Shown here piece after piece: positions 16,446 through 24,933 of a stretch of DNA of 38,424 nucleotides. The position numbers and the translations under genes were made by a program. A model generated the notes under the pieces. It saw nothing but the letters and a program-made list of their open reading frames with translations, searched no databases and had not been told where the DNA came from. This DNA is from a virus (lineage: Duplodnaviria; Caudoviricetes). How positions within the stretch are numbered: position 1 is the stretch's first letter; each line of letters begins with the position of its first letter. The stretch is taken from IMG/VR virus record IMGVR_UViG_3300007363_000011, positions 1 to 38,424 of that record; one strand, 5' to 3'.

Positions 16446-16868
16446 TTACGCCAGCGTGAACAGGTTGTTGCTGCCGGACACCGTAAGAGAGTTACCAGCG
16501 GCAATCGTTACGTCAGCCGGTGCAGAGTCTAGGGTGCAGTAGCACAGCACGTTACCACCGGACTCGTAGACAGCAGCGAACCGCGCTGTAATGCCAGAGC
16601 CAGATGCATTCCATGTTGCGTCAGTGATACCAACAGTGACAGTAGTAGTACCAGAAAGAGAAAGCGTAACCGATACACCACCAGTAGTGTAACCGTTAGC
16701 GTTCGACACTTCGTTGGTAACGCCAGCGTAGGTGGTAGTCGCAGCGCCGAGGTTAGACGACGAAGTAAACAGCGCCATCTTGTACGTGTCGCTGTCAATG
16801 TCGAACGTACCGTTTAGAAGGTACGTGCGGCTGTTGTTAGTAAACGTCCATGCGGAAGGTGCGGCCAT
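16446..16868 (-). CDS. Tail fibre-associated structural protein
   Basis: DIDSDTYKMALFTS...NEVS..NGYTTGG...TARFAAVY pattern common in virion modules. Confidence 0.7.
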   Translation of the reverse strand: MAAPSAWTFTNNSRTYLLNGTFDIDSDTYKMALFTSSSNLGAATTTYAGVTNEVSNANGYTTGGVSVTLSLSGTTTVTVGITDATWNASGSGITARFAAVYESGGNVLCYCTLDSAPADVTIAAGNSLTVSGSNNLFTLA

Positions 16869-16954
16869 TTAAGATTCCTTTACAGATAGAGTAAGTTTTG
16901 CGGGCGAAATAACAACTTGATTGCAGGCGCATCGCCCCCCACACTTGCAATCAT

Positions 16955-17161
16955 TTACGTCAGCGTTGTTGTTTTCCAACCCACTGTCCTATCAAAGATA
17001 GACAACTTGATATCACCACTGTCTAGCCAGAAGTACGTTAGTCCTTCTGGACAGTTGGTCTGAGTAGTAGGGTCGCTATCCGCAAAGGGAATAACGAAGG
17101 AGCCAAGCGCCAACTGGTTAGCAGTTGGGTTGGTGCGACCAGCGTTCGGGTACATGTTCAT
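16955..17161 (-). CDS. Small virion protein
   Basis: ATG 17161 overlaps the upstream stop (TAATG). Confidence 0.6.
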   Translation of the reverse strand: MNMYPNAGRTNPTANQLALGSFVIPFADSDPTTQTNCPEGLTYFWLDSGDIKLSIFDRTVGWKTTTLT

Positions 17162-19149
17162 TAGATGTACTCCGACTGACCGGTGTTCCACATGTGTAGG
17201 GTAAGTTCAACGCACTCGATACCGTTACCGTCACGAGTCTTGAGGTCATGGCGGTTACGCACGTCGGCTACCATGCCCCACCGCTGCTGTCCACCGCCAC
17301 CGGGAGGGATGTCGTCAGGGAGGGTGATACGGAATGGGCCACTGGACTGCTGGCTCATCAGCAGCGAGAACGTGTCCATTACTTCGTTGTTGGTGTAGTT
17401 GGTGCCAGTTAGTTCGATCAGCACCACAATCTCTTCAATGATGGCGGGGCGTTCGTCGTACTCTAGTTCCATCTGCCCGTTGATTTCAGGCGGGGTGGAA
17501 GAAGAGTTAGACCCACCGGCTACCTGAGTAAGCCGAGGCTTGATAGTACGCCCGGTCATGGATGCGAGCGGGTAGTAATTCAGGACTGGGTAGATGGTCT
17601 GAACGCCGTCATCATAAACAGTCCCAATGTCAACGTAATCGTTGCCATCTTCGGGGTCGAACACTACGCCAACAGTCCAATTGTCACCGGGCTCCATGCT
17701 TACTGTGCGAAGGCGGACTAGGCGTAGGGTCTTCAGGAGGTTGGGATCAACGTCCAGTTCAGTCCCGTACCACGTTCCGCCCTCAGTGGAGTACACGCGG
17801 GTTGGCATGAGGTCATCACGGCCAATACGAGAGATAGTCTCGTATGCCATGTTGCTGTCTTCGCCCCACATCAGCGTGGTGTCCGCTGTGCTGTTAGTGG
17901 AGAAGATTGCCTCGACCTGAGTGTTTGGCAGGTAGTGCATGGGGTAAAAGTCAGGCTGACCAGTAGAAGCCGTTTGCGCCCCGTATGCACCCTCGGCGGC
18001 AGACGTTGAGAACACGCACCGGTAGATGTAGGTGTCATTGCTGGTGGTCAGATAGGCCACGAACAACTCACCACGTTCGGCCCAGACGGCTGTAGGAACC
18101 CCGTTGTGACCGGTAAACGCGCGCATGCGCTCTCCGATGCCTACAGGGTTATCGGTCGTACCATTGACCGCACGGAGGCCGATGTCAGTGATGGCAAAGT
18201 TCCAGCCCCATCCGGGGTCAGCCCACTGTGCTCCATTAAGAAGGGACTTGTGGTTGGCTAGGGCGCGGGACAGGGGGATTGGCTTGCCTTGGTCAGTAAA
18301 GGTGTATAGCCCAGTCTCGCTACCGAAGAAGGTGAATGGGCCGAACGGCCCAATGCCGGTAGCATTGACCAGAGGGTCGCCAACCTGTAGCGGGGCAGAT
18401 AGTGTTTCAAAACTATCTAGGGTGTAAATAACCCAGTTGTTGTTAGTACCGGCAGAGTTTGCATTGATAAACCACAGCCGGTCAGAACCCGGAACCATTG
18501 CCGTACCGTATACAAGAGTATTGGTAAGATCTTCGGTGTCTGTGTATATAGCGGAAGTAGATGTAACTCCGGTTCGCGTTTGGATAGGCTGAGAACCGCC
18601 AAGGCCCACTCGCCCGTATCCATACCAACTTGCCGCACCTGCTACCGGTGCAGACCATAGTTGTGAGTTAACTGCACTCCATGTAGGAATGTATACCTGA
18701 GTGCTAACATACCCACGATGAGCAAAGATAGAACCAGCCTGCTCATCAAAATATTGGGTATTTGTAATCAGTGGCCCTGAGTCAAAGAAGTAGTCACTTT
18801 CATCAAAAACAAACTCATCATAAATAGAGTAGCCAATTGATGGTGACGGGTCTTGGCCGCTAAGGTCAATTGCGTTTCTCGCACCCTTTGAGATAAGGCG
18901 CTTAGGCCAGCGGGTGTCTAGGTTCTGTACGTAGTCAGTGCGGAGCATGCCTCCAGACATTGACTGACGAGAGGAGCCGATTGGCCCCCAGATATCCCAA
19001 GATACTCGGCGTAGACGAGCCGGGTCGGTGACGTTGGTAGCACGGAAGTTGCGCTGGATACTCCGCGTGCCGCTTGGCAGCAGAGTCTCAGAGACGATTG
19101 CGTATCGCCTTCCGTCTAGAGACAACTCACCGACAGAATAGTCTGGCAA
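17161..19149 (-). CDS. Putative tail nozzle / DNA-stabilisation protein (beta-propeller-like)
   Basis: 662 aa, beta-rich, positioned after the adaptor; assignment from size and synteny. Confidence 0.55.
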   Translation of the reverse strand: MPDYSVGELSLDGRRYAIVSETLLPSGTRSIQRNFRATNVTDPARLRRVSWDIWGPIGSSRQSMSGGMLRTDYVQNLDTRWPKRLISKGARNAIDLSGQDPSPSIGYSIYDEFVFDESDYFFDSGPLITNTQYFDEQAGSIFAHRGYVSTQVYIPTWSAVNSQLWSAPVAGAASWYGYGRVGLGGSQPIQTRTGVTSTSAIYTDTEDLTNTLVYGTAMVPGSDRLWFINANSAGTNNNWVIYTLDSFETLSAPLQVGDPLVNATGIGPFGPFTFFGSETGLYTFTDQGKPIPLSRALANHKSLLNGAQWADPGWGWNFAITDIGLRAVNGTTDNPVGIGERMRAFTGHNGVPTAVWAERGELFVAYLTTSNDTYIYRCVFSTSAAEGAYGAQTASTGQPDFYPMHYLPNTQVEAIFSTNSTADTTLMWGEDSNMAYETISRIGRDDLMPTRVYSTEGGTWYGTELDVDPNLLKTLRLVRLRTVSMEPGDNWTVGVVFDPEDGNDYVDIGTVYDDGVQTIYPVLNYYPLASMTGRTIKPRLTQVAGGSNSSSTPPEINGQMELEYDERPAIIEEIVVLIELTGTNYTNNEVMDTFSLLMSQQSSGPFRITLPDDIPPGGGGQQRWGMVADVRNRHDLKTRDGNGIECVELTLHMWNTGQSEYI

Positions 19150-20082
19150 CTACGCAATCCTCTGTGCAAACATCCAGCACCCAGTACCAAATGTAGTAGT
19201 GCTGTTAGAGGAGTTTTGCGCCCCCTGCAATGTCACCGTTCCAGCATTAGAACCATTGACAACTAATAAGTCTACTGTAATTAAACCATCACTTAGCCAT
19301 GCTACGTTAATAGTTCCAGACTTACTAGAATCATATGCAAGGAAAGAACTAGAAAAAGATGATGAATTTGTTTGCTCTGGTGGTGCACCACTTGGTAAGG
19401 TGGTGGGAGTCCCCGTGTTGTCATTTTGATATGCTGGCCTAATACCGCTAATTCGTACGGCAGTCGGAGAAGAAGGCCCAGTAAATTGTAGTTTTACTCC
19501 ACCTGTGCCACCGTATGTAATAGGTAAATTATACCTAGCAACATATACGCCACTTGCGGCTGCTGAAAAGGAAAAAGTACCGCTTGATGCATTAATATCA
19601 GCAAATGTGGTGCTTGTAGTAAACGTTTGAGAAGATGATTTGTACTTGTAAGTAAAAGGGCTTGCAACAGCCGGGATTCTTTTATCAATCTTTGTAGTAA
19701 TGTTTGCGGCTACTGTCTGTGCCGCTTCTACTTTGACCAGCGCGATTGCAGTTCGATCGCCTAGCGTTGGAACTGATGGGGTTGCGGCTGCTGTGCCGCT
19801 TACAACCACTGCTGCTCCAGTGTTGTCAATTGCCAGCCATGTCCAGCGCGGGTTAGAGCCATCGGCAACCAGAGTCCAAAATGCCGAACCGCCAGTGACT
19901 GAAACAACAGAGCCGAAGTGGGTGATTGAGCCCGACGCGCAATCTACTGTCATGTTAGATGCAGAGTAGGTTGGGGCGCATCCGCTAATAACGTTGTATA
20001 GAGCCGTGTTGCCCTTCAGCATTCCGTCTGCTGCGGATACAGGCTCAATGCTGGCTACGTTAGTAAACTGGTATCCGCTCAT
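19150..20082 (-). CDS. Putative tail fibre / receptor-binding protein
   Basis: N-terminal MTVDCASG...ADGSNPR...ALVKV...IDKR anchor-like region; Ser/Thr/Gly-rich, AT-richer C-terminal half. Confidence 0.6.
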   Translation of the reverse strand: MSGYQFTNVASIEPVSAADGMLKGNTALYNVISGCAPTYSASNMTVDCASGSITHFGSVVSVTGGSAFWTLVADGSNPRWTWLAIDNTGAAVVVSGTAAATPSVPTLGDRTAIALVKVEAAQTVAANITTKIDKRIPAVASPFTYKYKSSSQTFTTSTTFADINASSGTFSFSAAASGVYVARYNLPITYGGTGGVKLQFTGPSSPTAVRISGIRPAYQNDNTGTPTTLPSGAPPEQTNSSSFSSSFLAYDSSKSGTINVAWLSDGLITVDLLVVNGSNAGTVTLQGAQNSSNSTTTFGTGCWMFAQRIA

Positions 20083-20285
20083 TAGAGTCGTCCAAACTTA
20101 ACTTCAGTTACATCTAGGTCAATTAGCGGTGCAATGATTTTTTGTGCCTCTGATTCAGTGTTGCATGAATCAACAATCTGCCCGCGATGCACTACTTCCC
20201 ATGTTGTCTTGCTATCTGCGTCCACTCGCTGAATGAAGGTAAACGTATCAACCTTCCGCTTTGCGGCGGAATCGTCTAGTGGCAT
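20082..20285 (-). CDS. Hypothetical protein
   Basis: TAATG-coupled at both ends. Confidence 0.7.
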   Translation of the reverse strand: MPLDDSAAKRKVDTFTFIQRVDADSKTTWEVVHRGQIVDSCNTESEAQKIIAPLIDLDVTEVKFGRL

Positions 20286-21577
20286 TACGCCCCCCTGATT
20301 TCATACCTGACCGGAGGCTTCGGCACCGGCAGACTTACAGCATTGTTGGTAATACGGTTCCACACGCTTGCCTCTGCGTTCATCACAGTGTCAAGACGTG
20401 CGCGGTCTTGGTTAGGCTTGTTAGCCTGTAGCATGAAGCGCAGCAATCCAGCGGTAAGGGCACGGCGGAACTCGTCCGGCACCACGCTTGAGTCTGATGT
20501 CATCGGGTATGGAAGCGGGCGGCGAGAGTACACAATAATCTGGCTGAGGATAGCCGGGTACTTTTGCAACTCAATAGTAGGTACGCCACCGATGTTGCGA
20601 ACGACGTTGTTAATCTCCGACTCGTAATAGAACTGGGAGCCAGCGTCACGAATCTGGAAGGCGTTGGGCGCAGCGACAGTGTTCTGCATGAACACGGCAG
20701 CGTGGAACTGCGCCACTCCGTCAGCCTCTAAGACAAGAGTAAACTCTGTCTGACTGGCGTTGGGCGTAACGGACAGGGAAAGGTACTGAGGTACGCCGTC
20801 ACCAGTGTGGTAGTCACTCCATGTAGTTGTGTAACCATCGTAGATACCGACGCGCGCATTGTTAGGGGTATTTGCTACCACCCATGCAGCACCACGGATA
20901 GGGATGTAGACGGGCGCAATGCGCCTTGTAAGCCACTGTACGAGTGGCTGGGAGAATGACTGGGTAAGTTGTCCGCCAGTAAGTTCGGCGTAGTACGCGG
21001 AACGCAAGCCGCCAGACTTTTGTTCTACCGAACCGCTATCGAGAGTCCACCCATCTGGTGCGTCAGTAGAGCCATTCCACCAGAGGGCAAAGTCTTCATT
21101 GTGCAGCGATACTGGCGACTCGTCATAGAACACAGCATCAACGTCGCCGGAGCCTTCTAGCCAATCCATTGTGTTCAATGGGTACAGGTCTAGGTTGGGC
21201 GTAGCGGGGATAACCTGACGGTACGTCAGTCGGGTGTAGTCAATAGCCTTGTCTAATGCAAGGCGGAATTCATTGAGGGTGTAGTCTTCACGGTTGACTA
21301 GGATGTACGACTCACCAGTTGGTGGTGATACTGAACGCGCAGCAAACGTAGCCGTTCCAGTGGCATCGTTCCACCCGGTAATCAGCCGCTCCTTGTCGCT
21401 TTCATTGGTGGCGTCGAGGAAGATGAGGCGATCCCCTAAGTAGTAGGTGTTGTCGCCTGTAGTATTAACTAATCCTTCTAGTACGGCAGTAGTGGCGCTA
21501 CCGGAGAGGACTTCCCCGGTGCGCCCGCCAATGCGACGAGCCGCGATGGTAATAAGTTCCTTGCGGCTAGTTGCCAT
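20285..21577 (-). CDS. Putative head-tail adaptor with inserted beta domain
   Basis: ATG 21577 (TAATG); helical ends MATSRKELI... and VPDEFRRALTAG; internal NEDF..W...PDGW carbohydrate-binding-like segment. Confidence 0.55.
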   Translation of the reverse strand: MATSRKELITIAARRIGGRTGEVLSGSATTAVLEGLVNTTGDNTYYLGDRLIFLDATNESDKERLITGWNDATGTATFAARSVSPPTGESYILVNREDYTLNEFRLALDKAIDYTRLTYRQVIPATPNLDLYPLNTMDWLEGSGDVDAVFYDESPVSLHNEDFALWWNGSTDAPDGWTLDSGSVEQKSGGLRSAYYAELTGGQLTQSFSQPLVQWLTRRIAPVYIPIRGAAWVVANTPNNARVGIYDGYTTTWSDYHTGDGVPQYLSLSVTPNASQTEFTLVLEADGVAQFHAAVFMQNTVAAPNAFQIRDAGSQFYYESEINNVVRNIGGVPTIELQKYPAILSQIIVYSRRPLPYPMTSDSSVVPDEFRRALTAGLLRFMLQANKPNQDRARLDTVMNAEASVWNRITNNAVSLPVPKPPVRYEIRGA

Positions 21578-22026
21578 TAGTGAACCGTCACAGTAGAGCC
21601 GGGAGTTAGTGGGTACCACTGGCATACCAGCGTGATAGCGCCAGCGGTTACGCCGTTGGTAATAGTAGCAATAATGTCAAATCCACCAGCAATAATGTGG
21701 AAGTTACCGCCTGCTGGAATCTCATCAATGTGAGTGGTGGGCGTAGCGTCCGCCCACACGTACCCAGTGTCAGGAAAATTGCTAGGGTTGTTGAGCGTAG
21801 TGGCTGGTAACAGATGCCCGGTGTTGCCGGTTACACCGACTGCGATAGTCCCCGTGCCGGTAATAGCGGCGTTGCTCCATCCAAATACTCGGACGGCTAC
21901 ATCGCCAGTTACATCAAACAGGGTCAGGGGCGATGAAGTGGTTTGCCAATCAACCGACATGTCATCGCTAGTATAGGTGGCGACGTTCCAGCCGCCCGTA
22001 AAAGGAATTGCGTATGGACTCGTCAC
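21577..22026 (-). CDS. Virion structural (cement-like) protein
   Basis: Beta-rich, downstream of the capsid gene. Confidence 0.6.
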   Translation of the reverse strand: MTSPYAIPFTGGWNVATYTSDDMSVDWQTTSSPLTLFDVTGDVAVRVFGWSNAAITGTGTIAVGVTGNTGHLLPATTLNNPSNFPDTGYVWADATPTTHIDEIPAGGNFHIIAGGFDIIATITNGVTAGAITLVCQWYPLTPGSTVTVH

Positions 22027-22142
22027 TTCGTCACCTTCTTGGATGCTTCACGATTGAGGCGTTCGATCTCTGCTTCAGCAGCCCACAACTGTAGTTGCAG
22101 TTCGCCAATCTTTGACCTAATAACCTCAATCGTGAGTTCCAT
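22023..22142 (-). CDS. 39-aa coiled-coil peptide
   Basis: Not in the track: MELTIEVIRSKIGELQLQLWAAEAEIERLNREASKKVTK; GTGA overlap. Confidence 0.65.
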   Translation of the reverse strand: MELTIEVIRSKIGELQLQLWAAEAEIERLNREASKKVTK

Positions 22143-22147
22143 TTAAC

Positions 22148-22642
22148 TTACTGCCAGTACGGGAGCCACGAAGCCACGCCAGCAACCTTGATAGGTAGCC
22201 AGCCAGCCTGAGTCTCCGATGCTGGGCGACCTGCGCCGCCAGCCTTTAGCAGTGTTGCTGTAGAACCAGTACCGTCAGCAACGCCCGTGCGGGCGAAGTT
22301 GACGTAGTTGCTTGCTGCGCTACCGACGTTCACATCACCGGTAGAAACCCCACCGATGGTGATTGCGCCGGAACCCTTGGCGTTGAATGTCATTGCTTCG
22401 TTAGTACCAGAAGAAATAACTTCAATCGCTACATCATCTCCCTCCGCTGCGCCGGTAATCTTAATACCGGTTACAGCGTCGGTGGTGGCAGCGTCTACCT
22501 GAAAGATGTAGTCAGTGCCGGTCTGCGCTACAGTCATAGCGTCAGCGGCGTCAGCCGTAACGTTGATAACGTCAAGCGCAGCCGAGTTTACGTAGCCCTT
22601 ATTCGTAATGCCGGGGATAACAACTCCACCGAGTAGAGTCAT
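22148..22642 (-). CDS. Head fibre/decoration-like protein
   Basis: Gly/Ala/Thr-rich; C-terminal GWLPIKVAG..WLPYW. Confidence 0.6.
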   Translation of the reverse strand: MTLLGGVVIPGITNKGYVNSAALDVINVTADAADAMTVAQTGTDYIFQVDAATTDAVTGIKITGAAEGDDVAIEVISSGTNEAMTFNAKGSGAITIGGVSTGDVNVGSAASNYVNFARTGVADGTGSTATLLKAGGAGRPASETQAGWLPIKVAGVASWLPYWQ

Positions 22643-22653
22643 TTCAAACCCCC

Positions 22654-23043
22654 TTAGTTACCAGTCGGGCGACGGTAGCAACCAACAATTGTAGTGTTGG
22701 TAGCAATGTTGATGCGAATAGTACCGTTGTCCTGAACGTAGCGACCAGCCGGGATAACTACCATGTATGGCTTGTCAGCCGTAAGGGTAATTGCCGAAGA
22801 GTTGCCAATACCAGAGTTCTCAGACGGTGGCTCATCGCCAGCAACAAAGGTTGCAGTAGCGCCGCCAGCGGCGTTGTAGAACGTAAAGACAAGGTGGCCC
22901 GTGTCACCCGCAGGAGCGGTGATGACAGCGACGTTTCCCGCCGTGACCGAAGTGCCAACCGAACCGGACGAGAAATCGCCGGACGAAGCGTAGCCAACGG
23001 TCGAGAAGTCCATGTTAGTTACTGCGACAGCAGTGTCAGCCAT
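22654..23043 (-). CDS. Capsid accessory protein
   Basis: RBS GGAGAGGAG; directly follows the capsid gene. Confidence 0.65.
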   Translation of the reverse strand: MADTAVAVTNMDFSTVGYASSGDFSSGSVGTSVTAGNVAVITAPAGDTGHLVFTFYNAAGGATATFVAGDEPPSENSGIGNSSAITLTADKPYMVVIPAGRYVQDNGTIRINIATNTTIVGCYRRPTGN

Positions 23044-23059
23044 TTAAGTCTCCTCTCCC

Positions 23060-23932
23060 TTATGCTTCAGTTACGTCAATGGACGCCAGTGCGTAAGGAC
23101 GAGTGACCTTAGCGCCGTAGACCATTAGACCGAAGTTGTTGGTGTAGAAACCGGTGGGCGCTTCGACCTGCTTAAACTTCGTAACCTGCTCCGCAAAGGT
23201 AGCAGCGTCATCGTAGCCAGCAATAATGGTCTTAGAGCCGGGGGTACCGCCGTCTGGGGTGTTCGTGGACACGTACACGCGAAGGCCAGACACAGTGTCG
23301 ATACCAAGGATGCCCTCACCGTACTGAGAGACGTTCTCCGGGGTACCGAAGGACGAACGGCGTGGGTCTTTCTTAAGAACACCGGCATACCACGGGGGAA
23401 CCACGCACCAACGACCGTCCTCTGGGACGAAGTTGTTGCTGAGGGTCACAGCGAGGTCAACAAGAATCTCAAAGGCGTCGTCGTCACCAGCGCCGGTGCC
23501 AACCGAAGTGGCAGCGGTCAGTTGGTTGGCGGCCTGTACGCCATCCTGAAGAATACCTGCAACGTACGTGTCAACCTCGACGCGCATGTTGTAAGCGGCA
23601 CGGCTCATGGCCTCTTCCATGATGCCCTGTAGCGCCTGAACGTCGTCAACGTCGTCGTACTTGAAGCCGAACGTGCGGCCCTGATCAGCGATAAGCACGA
23701 TGTCAGTCGTGGTTAGCGTCTGAAGGGACACGTCGGTGTTGCGGGTGTATGCACCAATTGAAATGTCAGCGACGGTCTGGATGCGAACCGAGTCGCCCTT
23801 TTCCTTGAGGATGCCTTCGTACTTGCGGTTGCATACGTTGGCGTAAACGAGAACACGGCGTAGAGCGCGCTGAAGTTCCTCAGCCCAAAGTTGAGGAATT
23901 GCACTCTGTACCGTTGATGGGTAAAGCGCCAT
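23060..23932 (-). CDS. Major capsid protein (P22 coat-like family)
   Basis: IPQLWA, NRKYEG, GDSVRI, VPEDGRWCVV, GLMVYGAKVTRP. Confidence 0.9.
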   Translation of the reverse strand: MALYPSTVQSAIPQLWAEELQRALRRVLVYANVCNRKYEGILKEKGDSVRIQTVADISIGAYTRNTDVSLQTLTTTDIVLIADQGRTFGFKYDDVDDVQALQGIMEEAMSRAAYNMRVEVDTYVAGILQDGVQAANQLTAATSVGTGAGDDDAFEILVDLAVTLSNNFVPEDGRWCVVPPWYAGVLKKDPRRSSFGTPENVSQYGEGILGIDTVSGLRVYVSTNTPDGGTPGSKTIIAGYDDAATFAEQVTKFKQVEAPTGFYTNNFGLMVYGAKVTRPYALASIDVTEA

Positions 23933-23958
23933 CTTGGGTAGGTTCCTTTAGTTTGGCC

Positions 23959-24831
23959 CTAGCCTAGCGCAGCCCTGAAGAGTACATCTCGCGCTTTCTT
24001 GAAGTCGCTATCCGAGAGTTTACTCATCCAACGCTGCCGGTCGGCATCGGACATGTTGATAATTTCTTCTGCATTCATACCTCCAGCAATTGCACCTGAC
24101 GGGGTAGTGGGCGCATTGGTGCGCCGGTTACTCTGTAGGTTGCGAGCGTTCAGTTCGGTTTCGACTTCCTTTTGAACCTTCTCGGCAATTTGCTTGTAGA
24201 GTTTTGAATCCTGCGGGACTTCATCAAGGGAAAGATCGGTTAGTGTCTTTGACTTAACTGTCTTAGCGGCGGCTTCCCACGTCTTAGAGGCAATGTCTAC
24301 CATGCCATCCGGGTTATCTTCCATACTATCTAGAATGGAGCGGATAACTCCCGCCTCGGATTCTCCGAAGTTATTAAGAGTGGCTTCAACCCACGCCTTG
24401 CTCAGTTGAGACTTAACCCAATCCTCATTGGCTTTGACCATGAGTGGAGTCTGCTTGGCAAGTTGAGGCGGGATGTATCCCGTTTCCTCAATCTGCTTAA
24501 TCAGATTCTCGTGGTAAGCCTGAGCCCGTGCGATAGACCCCATATCCTTGCGGAGTTCTGATTCAAAACGCTGACGGCCAATGTTTTCGCCGTCCTTGCG
24601 TTGCTTTTCCAGAAGCCCCTTTAGGTTAGGGAACTTGTCCGCAATCTTCAGGATTCCTTCATCGGATTCCAGCAGACTGGGATCGAACGTTGACCCGCCA
24701 TCAGCCACAGCCTCGTTACTCCCGGCCACAGCATTCAGGTCTGGGGTGGTCGCACCATCTAGGTGTTCACCCATTCCCTCGGGCTGCTCCGATACGGCAA
24801 CGTCGGACTGCTCAGTAGCAGTATCTGGCAT
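23959..24831 (-). CDS. Putative scaffolding protein
   Basis: Acidic N-terminus, helical, immediately upstream of the capsid gene; RBS GAGGAG. Confidence 0.7.
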   Translation of the reverse strand: MPDTATEQSDVAVSEQPEGMGEHLDGATTPDLNAVAGSNEAVADGGSTFDPSLLESDEGILKIADKFPNLKGLLEKQRKDGENIGRQRFESELRKDMGSIARAQAYHENLIKQIEETGYIPPQLAKQTPLMVKANEDWVKSQLSKAWVEATLNNFGESEAGVIRSILDSMEDNPDGMVDIASKTWEAAAKTVKSKTLTDLSLDEVPQDSKLYKQIAEKVQKEVETELNARNLQSNRRTNAPTTPSGAIAGGMNAEEIINMSDADRQRWMSKLSDSDFKKARDVLFRAALG

Positions 24832-24891
24832 CTTTCTCCTCGGGCTATCTGTATAAACAGATTAGCCAATATCCTCTAGGTTTGCCCCTGA

Positions 24892-24920
24892 AGGATACTG
24901 GCTAATTGTTAATCTGTCAA
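24892..24920 (-). promoter_or_regulatory. sigma70-type promoter for the scaffold-capsid operon, flanked by two ATCTGT-N4-ACAGAT palindromes (24847-24862, 24912-24927)
   Basis: TTGACA-N17-TATCCT on the minus strand. Confidence 0.75.
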
Positions 24921-24933
24921 CACAGATAAACGT

